Of a stretch of DNA of 64,000 nt, positions 9,825 through 18,900 are shown in pieces. The stretch lies in assembly GCA_963759805.1 (NCBI GenBank), contig CAVXAT010000004.1, positions 59,483-123,482 on the forward strand. Direction: 5' to 3'. The DNA is from an uncultured bacterium. Its GTDB lineage: Bacteria; Babelota; Babeliae; Babelales; RVW-14. The translations under genes and the position numbers were made by a program. The notes beneath the pieces were generated by a model, which saw nothing but the letters and a program-made list of their open reading frames with translations, searched no databases and was not told the DNA's origin. The number at the start of each line of letters is the position of its first letter. The stretch's first letter is position 1.

Positions 9825-9894
9825 TTAAAAATGTTTTATGCGATTAAAATAAACGCGAATAAATTTGCACGCATCAAAACAGAGGGATTTTTAA

Positions 9895-10503
9895 ATGATA
9901 AGTTATTTATCCGGTAAAATAAAAGATGTTTCGGAAAAAACCGTTACATTGTTGGTTAATGACATTGGTTTTTTGTTATATGTCCCTCAGGCCGGATCAT
10001 TGCATAAAGATAGTGCTGCAGAATTTTTTACGTACCTGCATTGGAATCCGGAGAACGGTCCCAGTTTTTATGGATTTCAAACAGATCTTGATCGTAAAGT
10101 TTTTTTAATGATAATAGACTGTCCCAAAATTGGTCCTTCAATTGCGTTAAGCGTTTTATCCCAAATGAGTGCTAGCGAATTTTTGAATATTGTTAGTTCA
10201 CAAAACGAAAAAATGCTGAGCAGCGTCAATGGAATTGGTGCAAAAAAAGCTGAACAGATCATTGTTACATTAAAACACAAGGTTACAAAAATGTTGGCCT
10301 CAGGTCAGATTTCGGCTAGTGAGAGCCAACAGGAATTTGTGCATTGGCAAAATGTTTCAGAGGTTTTGGCATCCCTTGGGTATTCTAAGCAAGAGACGTC
10401 CCAGGCGTTGCAACATCTGACCCAAAAATATACCGGTGAAAATATTTCGCTGGACCATCTTATTCGATCTGCTCTTACGTATCTTACTTCAAATAAAGTA
10501 TAA
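9895..10503 (+). CDS. ruvA: Holliday junction DNA helicase subunit RuvA
   Basis: MISYLSGKIKD.. N-terminus and the helix-hairpin-helix motif VNGIGAKKAEQII. About 200 aa. Confidence 0.85.
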   Translation: MISYLSGKIKDVSEKTVTLLVNDIGFLLYVPQAGSLHKDSAAEFFTYLHWNPENGPSFYGFQTDLDRKVFLMIIDCPKIGPSIALSVLSQMSASEFLNIVSSQNEKMLSSVNGIGAKKAEQIIVTLKHKVTKMLASGQISASESQQEFVHWQNVSEVLASLGYSKQETSQALQHLTQKYTGENISLDHLIRSALTYLTSNKV

Positions 10504-10547
10504 AAATCATGTTACTGATACCATTCTGCAAAATTAATGAACCATGC

Positions 10548-10651
10548 TTGCCCGCTCGTGGTGAGTGTTTTTTGCAGGCCGCACCCTTCGATACGCCTCG
10601 CGGCGCTCGGCACTCAGGGCGAGCGGCCAAAAAAAATGTATCGAACCATGC
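10548..10651. repeat. GC-rich modular repeat, copy C (intergenic or 5' of the pseudopilin gene)
   Basis: A GC-rich island in AT-rich DNA. ctcgTGGTgagtg (10555-10567) and tgtatcgaACCAt (10637-10649) enclose T6, a reversed copy of the 37051-37104 module, and A8. Flanked by the 9-nt direct repeat gaaccatgc (10539-10547 and 10643-10651). Confidence 0.7.
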
Positions 10652-10667
10652 GGGCATAAAATTTACT

Positions 10668-11246
10668 TTGAATCGGATCCAGAAATCATTTAGTTTAATT
10701 GAGATTCTGATTTTCTTAAGCCTGATTTTAGTTCTTGCTGCAGTTGCCGTGCCTAGGCTTGATTTTTTTAATAAATATCTCTTATCGCATGAGATGGATA
10801 AGCTTTTTGTAACATTTTCTTACTTGCAACAAAAAGCGATTGCCGGTAATAAAAAATACTCTATTATTTTTGATCAGATAAATAATCGCTACACTTATCA
10901 GGTTGAGAATTCACAGGCTGAAAGCTCAAATATTACAGTACAGTTGTCTGATGGCGTTAGATTCGGATTTATTGATGGGGTTATGGGGCCCCCAAGCAGC
11001 CCAACTAAAAAGATCGAAAAAGCCATAAATCTAGAAAAGATTATTAATAATTCAGATAGAAAACAAGAGGGAGAGCCTGTGGATAGAGTGAGCTTCTGGC
11101 CGGACGGCCGTATTTCACACGGTACCATTTATTTAGTAGATAAATCTTATAAATATATGGGCGCTTTAACTTGTTCCGTATCTCAGGTATCATATATACG
11201 TAGATACAGATACGAAAATTTACAATGGAAAATCTTGAGCAAATAA
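10668..11246 (+). CDS. type IV pilin-like pseudopilin (GspH/FimT-like)
   Basis: A TTG start at 10668 gives MNRIQKS|FSLIEILIFLSLILVLAAVAVP, a prepilin leader plus N-methylation-type helix. The ORF track starts at ATG 10509, which would translate the GC-rich repeat. The start is uncertain. Confidence 0.6.
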   Translation: MNRIQKSFSLIEILIFLSLILVLAAVAVPRLDFFNKYLLSHEMDKLFVTFSYLQQKAIAGNKKYSIIFDQINNRYTYQVENSQAESSNITVQLSDGVRFGFIDGVMGPPSSPTKKIEKAINLEKIINNSDRKQEGEPVDRVSFWPDGRISHGTIYLVDKSYKYMGALTCSVSQVSYIRRYRYENLQWKILSK

Positions 11247-11249
11247 GAT

Positions 11250-14213
11250 TTGCATGGACTTTTAATGATTAAACAGTTTTTTAGATTGCTAAGTGCAATT
11301 TTTGTGGGATTAATCCTTTCGATTTGGATTATCCAAAATAATACAGAAGTTGAGACAGCAATTGCAAAAAAAATAATAGCCATATTAGAAAAAGAATGGA
11401 GTGTGAAGATTGATACGAAGTCTTCACGAGTTAATCTTTTCACTTGTTCGTTATATCTGAATAATGGTCATGTAAAGTACCTAAAAAAAGATAATTGTCA
11501 TTGGGCATTTGATCAGTGCAAAATTCATGTTCAGCCTCTAGCCTTTTTTCGTAAGAAGAAAGTCAATCTGGATCTTAAATTTGATAATGTTATTATAAAC
11601 TCCGGATTGACCGGTAGTACCCCTGATATTACTGAGCATATATCAAAGATGTTTTCTGGGGAGTCTTACGATTTAAATATTGCCGTAAAATCCGTTTGTA
11701 TAAATAATTTAGATTTAACAATTTTAAATCTGCCGCACACCTATCGTGCCCAGGTTGAAGGTTCTTTTTTAATACAAAAAATTAGACATGCGAAAAAAGA
11801 TAATTTGCCAAATTCTTGGCAGGGTGATCTTTTAATCAAGAATGCACAGTTTAGTATTGACGATAAAGTTTTTATTAAGCAGTTTTCAACGTCCGGAAAT
11901 ATTTATTATAGTAGAGTGGCCTCAGCATGGTTATCCAAAGTCGATAGTGTCATAAAGTCTTTAATCCCAACACCGGCTCAAAGTTACAGTATAAATTGCG
12001 TTTGGAATAACGATAAAAAATATTTAACAGTTAAAAACCCCGCCCTGGACCTTAATTTGGACGTATCATATCTTGGGGATAAGATTCTTGGTGATAAAAT
12101 AAAAGTTTGTGGGATTTTTCCGGCAGAGCTTGCATTGCAAGTGGCTGGATTTTTTGGCCTAGGAGTTACGGACTCTGGCGCGTCACCCAAGGGTGATGGT
12201 TCGACAAGCTCACCACGAGCGCGCCAACCTAATGGCGCTCGTCCTGCTGTGCCCGGCGTAGCCACGAAGGGCGAAGCCTGGGAGCCTGTCGAAGGATGCG
12301 AATTTCAGGAGGGAGCAGGAGTCACAGGTAAGTGTCAGCTAGATTGTGAGTGGTTATTAAATGATTCAAGACTTGATCCAAAGAGCAGTATAATTATTGA
12401 CGACTTAAAGATAAGAGATCTTAAATTGGGTAAAGTTATTTTAAAACTCAGAGAAAGCAGCAATGAAAAATTAGCAGCAACAATTGATTTTTTATATGAT
12501 CAGGATTTGCAAGCGTTGGGATTATTGAAGTGGGATTGGGCCAAATCAATGGGTAAAATAAAAGTGATGAATAAGTTACCCATTAAATTTCTCAAAGAAA
12601 CATCAAAGCGGTTGGGATTTGGTGGATATGAGATAGGCCCCAAAAATTTCTTTGTTAGCTCAGAGTTTGATAAATATTTTAATTTAAACGGGGATTACAG
12701 CCTTAATATTGCCGATCATTCTGCCAGCAAAACTTTTAAGTATGATGGAAAATTCAAGATCGAGAATAATGAACTAAAAATTAATGGGGCAACACAAAAA
12801 GGTGAGTACGAGATTAATTCTAAATTTTTCCCAAGGCCATCTATTTTAAAATGGGTTTATACCGTTAATGATAAAAAATTAATTGATTTGCAGTGTTGTG
12901 ATACACAAACTAACATTTTACATGGCAATATTAACTTTGCATTAATAAGATCCTTTTTAACGCAAAGCGCAAAGCATCTGGTTTTGGGTCGTGATTGTAT
13001 ATTTAATTTGGCTGTTGATCAGAACGATTTTTTCCATCTTCATGGTAATGCCAAGCTTGCAAGTGGTAAATTTTACATTCCGGAAAGTAGAAATCTAATT
13101 GAAAAATTTCAAACGGATTTTGAAATTAATATTCCATTGCGCAGGATTATTCTTAACAATTCACAGATTGGATTTTTTAAGGGCGAAATCTCAAGCCCTA
13201 AAATTATTGTGCAGTTGGATGAGAATAATTTACTTAGCAATCTACACATACCCCTAAAGATTAAAGATTTACTGCTTAATTGGAAAAATGATCTGCTCGC
13301 AATAGTTTACGGAAACGTTCTTATCAAGAAAAATTTGCAAGGAAATTACAAGGCATTGGCCAATTTGATTGTAAAAAAATCGATTCTGCGGGAAAATATT
13401 CTGTCGTTACCTGAAAATAAATCATTTTCTAGTCCCCTGGGCATATCTTTCTTGCAAAGCAATGATTTTGATTTTGATATCAGGCTTTCAAGTGAGCAAC
13501 CGATAAAGGCCAAAACCCCTTCACTTGAAACAAGCGCATCTATAAATTTGCGAATTTTATATCAAAAAAATAAAAATGTTATGAGAATTCCTCAACTAAC
13601 CGGATCTATTAAGCTTGATAGCGGTCATATTAAATTTTTGCAGACAAAATTATATTTTGAGTATGGTAAAATTCAATTCATATCAAACCAGATGAATGAT
13701 CCGATTATTGACTTGATAGCTCGTAATAGAATTAACAAGTATCAGATTACCCTGCAGGCTACAGGATCGTTACAAAAGCCAATAATTCTGCTTGAGTCAA
13801 ATCCCGAATTGACAGAAGAGCAGATATTGGGGCTTCTCTTATCAGGGTCTGAAGCCGCAAAACTTCAAACCGATCTGTTTGCGATGCTGGAGCAGAATTT
13901 GCACGATATGATTCTTGGTAATAAGACAATCTCTCCCGGTGCGACGAGTTTTTTCCAAAAGCTTGCCAAGCCATTTAAATATATTCAAATTACTCCGGAT
14001 TTCACAAATCAATCTGCAAGAGGTGGAATAAAGGGGACGGTGTCTGCTAATCTTACTGATCAGGTAAAAGCTCAAATTCAGAAAAACTTTAATTTACCAG
14101 GTGATTTTAGTGCTCAGATCGAATATCAGGTCGCTGATGATGTAAGTCTTAAGGGGAGCGTTGATCAGCGAGGGGAGCTTGGGGCAGAGGTAGAACTAAG
14201 GCTTAAACTTTGA
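11250..14213 (+). CDS. tamB: TamB/AsmA-like translocation and assembly module protein
   Basis: N-terminal TM helix in a 987-aa protein. The C-terminus has a DUF490-like pattern (ITLQATGSLQKPIILLESNPELTEEQILGLLLSGS...VELRLKL). Carries an in-frame GC-rich insert at about 12165-12325. Confidence 0.65.
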   Translation: MHGLLMIKQFFRLLSAIFVGLILSIWIIQNNTEVETAIAKKIIAILEKEWSVKIDTKSSRVNLFTCSLYLNNGHVKYLKKDNCHWAFDQCKIHVQPLAFFRKKKVNLDLKFDNVIINSGLTGSTPDITEHISKMFSGESYDLNIAVKSVCINNLDLTILNLPHTYRAQVEGSFLIQKIRHAKKDNLPNSWQGDLLIKNAQFSIDDKVFIKQFSTSGNIYYSRVASAWLSKVDSVIKSLIPTPAQSYSINCVWNNDKKYLTVKNPALDLNLDVSYLGDKILGDKIKVCGIFPAELALQVAGFFGLGVTDSGASPKGDGSTSSPRARQPNGARPAVPGVATKGEAWEPVEGCEFQEGAGVTGKCQLDCEWLLNDSRLDPKSSIIIDDLKIRDLKLGKVILKLRESSNEKLAATIDFLYDQDLQALGLLKWDWAKSMGKIKVMNKLPIKFLKETSKRLGFGGYEIGPKNFFVSSEFDKYFNLNGDYSLNIADHSASKTFKYDGKFKIENNELKINGATQKGEYEINSKFFPRPSILKWVYTVNDKKLIDLQCCDTQTNILHGNINFALIRSFLTQSAKHLVLGRDCIFNLAVDQNDFFHLHGNAKLASGKFYIPESRNLIEKFQTDFEINIPLRRIILNNSQIGFFKGEISSPKIIVQLDENNLLSNLHIPLKIKDLLLNWKNDLLAIVYGNVLIKKNLQGNYKALANLIVKKSILRENILSLPENKSFSSPLGISFLQSNDFDFDIRLSSEQPIKAKTPSLETSASINLRILYQKNKNVMRIPQLTGSIKLDSGHIKFLQTKLYFEYGKIQFISNQMNDPIIDLIARNRINKYQITLQATGSLQKPIILLESNPELTEEQILGLLLSGSEAAKLQTDLFAMLEQNLHDMILGNKTISPGATSFFQKLAKPFKYIQITPDFTNQSARGGIKGTVSANLTDQVKAQIQKNFNLPGDFSAQIEYQVADDVSLKGSVDQRGELGAEVELRLKL
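12165..12325. repeat. GC-rich modular repeat, copy A (in-frame inside tamB)
   Basis: 12195-12225 is identical over 31 nt to 42578-42608. gcccggcgtagc, agcctggg and ctggcgcg are shared with the other copies. Outer boundaries are approximate. Confidence 0.75.
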
Positions 14214-14803
14214 GCCTGTTTTAAAAGATTTTGCTCTTCCTCAGACAAGCCATTTAAATTTCTTATCTCGTGCATAAGATCTCTTGATTCCGACCTTTTT
14301 TTATCTGTCTCCGTATCTGTTTTGATTTTATTTAAATTAGCTTGTTGCTTTGATATATTTGCTTTTTCTTGCGAGAATTGCTCGGCTTGAACTCTTTCTT
14401 TTTCAAGCGCGTTCTTGGTGAGCTCAAGCTTTTTATGCGCATTTGCAAGATCCTCTTCATGCACTGCGATTTTTGATTTTAATGTGTTAATTTCATCATA
14501 AAGTTTTTTTGTTTCGGATGATTGATTTTTAAGCTGAACACTTAAATTATGCTTTTTTTCGGCAGTGACTTTTGCAAGATTATACATTTTGTCGACCCGA
14601 TCAAGAATTGAGTAAACTTTTGGCTGTGCTGCCGTAAACTCCTTTCTTATGCTCATTAAATCATTGCCTATATTTCTGTAAAGCTCCTGCATTTGTTGAA
14701 GAGTTTTTGCATTGAGTGCATACATGCTGGTAAGAACTAGATATATTAGAAAGAGTCTCAGAGTTGTTACTCCATTCATAGCTGTTACCCCATAATATTT
14801 CAT
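14165..14803 (-). CDS. secreted coiled-coil hypothetical protein
   Basis: 212-aa ORF with a hydrophobic N-terminus and heptad-like, K/E/Q-rich sequence. Its 3' end overlaps the tamB 3' end (14165-14213, convergent). Confidence 0.45.
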   Translation of the reverse strand: MKYYGVTAMNGVTTLRLFLIYLVLTSMYALNAKTLQQMQELYRNIGNDLMSIRKEFTAAQPKVYSILDRVDKMYNLAKVTAEKKHNLSVQLKNQSSETKKLYDEINTLKSKIAVHEEDLANAHKKLELTKNALEKERVQAEQFSQEKANISKQQANLNKIKTDTETDKKRSESRDLMHEIRNLNGLSEEEQNLLKQAQSLSLSSTSAPSSPR

Positions 14804-14917
14804 AAACTTCTCCTTTTTAAAAAATCAGTTATAGTCAAACTATGACATTTTTCTGAATAATTTAAAATTAAATATAATATATTAAAATTTCAACTGCTAA
14901 AAAAATGAAGGCCTTTA

Positions 14918-15595
14918 ATGCGTGAACAATTTATTAAAAGACTTTTAACTTTAATCTTAGTAAGTTTGGTCTTTGGGATGTCCTTATACGCTCACTCTGA
15001 GGCCTATTTTTCTCCTGATGATCATCCGGCAGACAGATTAATTAGTCTTATAAACAGTACAAAACATAAGATTTATGGGGCTGTTTATATGTTTACGGAC
15101 AATCTAATTGCCCAGGCTTTGATTAATGCCAAAAAGCGTGGAGTTGATGTTAAAATTATTGTTGATAATGCAACTATGGATTATGAATATGGTAAGGGGA
15201 CATTACTCAAAGAGAATGGAATAGATGTTTATGTTTTTTCTACTGAAGGCAAAAAGGCTAAATTTGGAACTCCGTTAATGCATAATAAGTTTGCGCTTCT
15301 TGATAGCCAAGTTTGGACGGGGTCTTTTAACTGGACAAAAAGTGCCAACCAAAGAAATCAGGAAAATGTAATTGTAACAACCAATAAAAAAGTTTACGCA
15401 AAATATGAGAAACAATTTGGGATTTTAAAGGGTCGCGCTACATCTGCGCATTCATATCGTTCGAATCCAAAACAGAATGATAGATCAACAAATGATAGAC
15501 AAATAAATAGGCAACTGGAGAAGCAGTTAGACAAAGAGATAAACAGCTTTTGGAGTAGGATTAAAGACCTTTTTTCATTTCCGCCAAGATATTAA
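14918..15595 (+). CDS. phospholipase D-family protein (Nuc-like single HKD domain), signal peptide
   Basis: HKD motif HNKFALLDSQVWTGSFNWTKSANQRNQEN. Size and signal peptide resemble the Nuc/PLD-like endonuclease family. Confidence 0.8.
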   Translation: MREQFIKRLLTLILVSLVFGMSLYAHSEAYFSPDDHPADRLISLINSTKHKIYGAVYMFTDNLIAQALINAKKRGVDVKIIVDNATMDYEYGKGTLLKENGIDVYVFSTEGKKAKFGTPLMHNKFALLDSQVWTGSFNWTKSANQRNQENVIVTTNKKVYAKYEKQFGILKGRATSAHSYRSNPKQNDRSTNDRQINRQLEKQLDKEINSFWSRIKDLFSFPPRY

Positions 15596-15888
15596 ATTTA
15601 TAGCTTTGCTGTAAATTATCTTCGCGCTTGTTGCAAAATTATCTTAAATTTATAATTCAAAAAATCTTAGGCAATACACTAAATACAGGTGCTGTTATTG
15701 CTTTTATAGCGATTAAAATATGCTTTAAGTAAATATTCCCACACTGGAAGAATCCTACAACAATAAAACGCAACTTGGTTGTGCACGGACTATCCCCAAT
15801 TTGGGCTGCGAATATAAGTGGCTTAAGCAAGGGAAGACGGAGGCTAGACGCCTCCTCTTACCCGATTAAACAATGCCAAAGAAATTTT

Positions 15889-15933
15889 GCAGTGCCCGAC
15901 ATAGCCTTGCCTGAAGGCTATGTCGGGCACTGC
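15889..15933. terminator. perfect 18-bp stem hairpin between convergent genes
   Basis: gcagtgcccgacatagcc (15889-15906), a 9-nt loop, then ggctatgtcgggcactgc (15916-15933). Lies between the PLD-like gene end and the giant gene stop. Confidence 0.6.
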
Positions 15934-15958
15934 TTGTAATTGTTATACCATAATGGTA

Positions 15959-18900
15959 TTAATTCACGTTTTGGTAATCAAGTATTCCATTGGTTATATC
16001 CAATTGCCCGCCTGGGAGTATGTTTATTGCCAAGTCATCAGCTGAAGTTGCATCACCAAAGCAGATACTCTGCGCAAGACTTGTTGGTGTTCCAAATAAA
16101 ACATCGATTAATTGGTTGTCACTGTCAACGGTCAATGTTCCTTTTATTAAACACATTCCGACTGATGATGTTGCCAGTGCACATCCATTCAAATATAACT
16201 CTGAAGAAACATCTTGCATCGCAATTAGATTTCTACTCACAACACTTGGTGCATAATAGAAGAACACGCCATAATCCAATTTTAATCTTGAGTAACTGTT
16301 TATTGTCGATATTTGATCAGATGCGTAAATAAATTCATTTGAAAGCGAAAGCTCATTATTAGACTTGATTTCAACTTCGTCTTGGAATATCAGAGACCCA
16401 GCCGTAAAGCTGTAATCGCCCGTAATTTGTAATGTATCATTCTTGAATGTAATATTTGCGTTTGGACCTAAGCATCGTACATTGTTGTCTACAAGGCCAC
16501 TCAGGAGAAGGTTTTCTATCGTCAAGGTTCCACTTTGCATGATTTGGATGCTTTGCGTACCAAGATCAAGAGGGTTGCCATAACCATTGATTGCAGAATT
16601 CCCGCTGAATATCCATGGCATGGACATTGCCTGCTCATCTGCAAGATCAATTCTGCATCCATCGCCAAATGTTAATGTGGCACCGGCGCCCAGATGCACT
16701 GATGAGTCATCAAAGTTCTTCAGAACAACATTGTTAAGAATGACGTTACTATTTATCCCTGTTGTGAAAATATTGGGACTATCTTTTGCAAAATTTATCA
16801 TGTGTCCGTTACCATCAAGCACACAGCTGTTTGCAATATTTAGTGTATGGTCTGTACTCAAATAAATATCATATGGCATAGTATATGCAGGGGTGCTAAT
16901 TTGAGTAACACCCGGTCCATTTATGGTTATCATCTCTGCATTAATTTTTACAATAGCATTACTATTATTAACAGATAGAGTGCCTCCCGCCTGACCCAGT
17001 TTGATAATAGCGTTGCTGTTATCATAAACAAGCTCGGCAGGAGCTGCTGCATAAGTCACAATATTATTATTTAGAGAAGGTGCATATGAGACCAGGTTGT
17101 AATCTCCAAGCCCGCCGCCAACTGTATTCTTGATAATGGATCTGTCATTCCACCCAACCACAGTGTTTGCCTTCATGCGAATCTCAGAGTTGCTATTTTT
17201 TAGAACAAATCTTGCATCATCGTTGCTAAACATTGTGTAGCCAAGAGTGTTGTCGTAGTTAACAATTCCGTCGATTGAAACGTTTGCACCGGAAAGTAAC
17301 TTGACATTAAGATCACTTGTTTGACCTGCTGCCGAGTTGCCAAACACGATTGAGTTGGATATGGCTTGGGTCGATCTATTTACAACATAATTAGTACCAA
17401 ATATTTGTAGGCTATTGCTAGCATTAGCAGCAACAGCAAGATAGCGACCATCTGGTGACCAGGACACTGAATATGGACTATGTCCTATAGTTACACTACC
17501 AACTAATGTTGGGTTGCCGGACCCACTAAAACTACATATTAGCAGTGTGTTGCCATTATAACCAGTAACAGCAAGATAGCGACCATCCGGTGACCATGAT
17601 ACTGACAATGGTTGAGTTCCAGGATTTACACTGCCCACCAAGGCTGGACTAAGACCATAAAAGCTAAATATTTGCAACGTAATACTTGTCACATTAACAA
17701 CAGCAATAAAACGACCATCTGGTGACCAGGACACTGAATATGGCGCAGATCCTGTACTTACACTGCCAACCAATGTTGGATTACCGAGTCCACTGAAGCT
17801 AAACATTTGCAGCGTATTACTTGTCTTATTAACAACAGCAATAAAACGACCGTCTGGTGACCAGGACACTGAATATGGCGCAGATCCTGTACTTACACTA
17901 CCAACCAATGTTGGATTACCGAATCCACTGAAGCTAAACATTTGCAGCGTATTACTTGTCTCATTAACAACAGCAATAAAACGACCATCTGGTGACCAGG
18001 ACACTGAATATGGCGCAGACCCTGTACTTACACTACCAACCAATGTTGGATTACCGAATCCACTGAAGCTAAACATTTGCAGCGTATTACTTGTCTTATT
18101 AACAACAGCAATAAAACGACCATCCGGTGACCATGATACCGATATTGGACTATTTCCAGTACTTACGCTACCAACCAATGTTAGATACTCCGAACCACTG
18201 AAATTAAATATTTGTAGTGAATTACCGCCAGTACCATTATAGAAATTAACAACAGCAATAAAGCGCCCATCTGGTGACCAGGACACTGAATATGGATTAA
18301 TTCCAGTTACTGCGCCATGAATAAAGGCTATCGGTGAAGTATTTGTCGTGGCCAGATCTGATGTCGCATTACTTTTCATTGTAACCTTGTTGTCCAAGAG
18401 TATAGTTCCTTGGGTAAGCCTCAATCCAGTCAACGTTGTAAAGAACGAACATCCGTTTAGATAAAGTTGTGATGTTTGATCTGCCATTCTTATAAAATTA
18501 TTTGTAGTTGTCGTTGGCACGGTTGAATATGGGCAATCGGTAAATGTTGCAGGCGCAAGTGAAAAGGTTGTATTAACATCAAAAAATAGTCTGCCTCCTG
18601 ATGTTATCATCAACGGCTTTGGAGATCTGTAAACAAGTGCTGATGTGCCAGTAAATTTAACATCGTTATTAACAAACAACTTGCCGCGATCAAAATAAAA
18701 ATCATTTGCCGGAATCAAAGTTGCGTTGTCCAGCACAAGCTGACTGCGGTTTGAGGCCAACTTTATTGCAGGATTACCAGGGCCATTCAAAGTACTATCA
18801 ACAACAACGTTACGCAATGTCAACGTTATTGTGTCATCTACAAAGATTTCAGAATTAGCACCAATATTTACTGTGTTTCCGTTACCATCAAGCACTGCAT

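Noticed and set aside
15760-15888. GC-richer, hairpin-containing segment downstream of the giant gene as a possible SRP, tmRNA or other sRNA
   Set aside because: I could find no conserved SRP (GGAAGCAGCC-type) or tmRNA (tRNA-like 3' end, tag ORF) motifs. The only hairpin is imperfect (gggaagacggaggc/gcctcctcttaccc). This is left as unexplained 3' UTR structure.
17560-18240. Regularly spaced near-identical repeats that could be mistaken for a CRISPR array
   Set aside because: The period is 135 bp with no unique spacers. The repeats are contiguous and in-frame, and they encode propeller blades inside a long ORF. There are no cas genes nearby.
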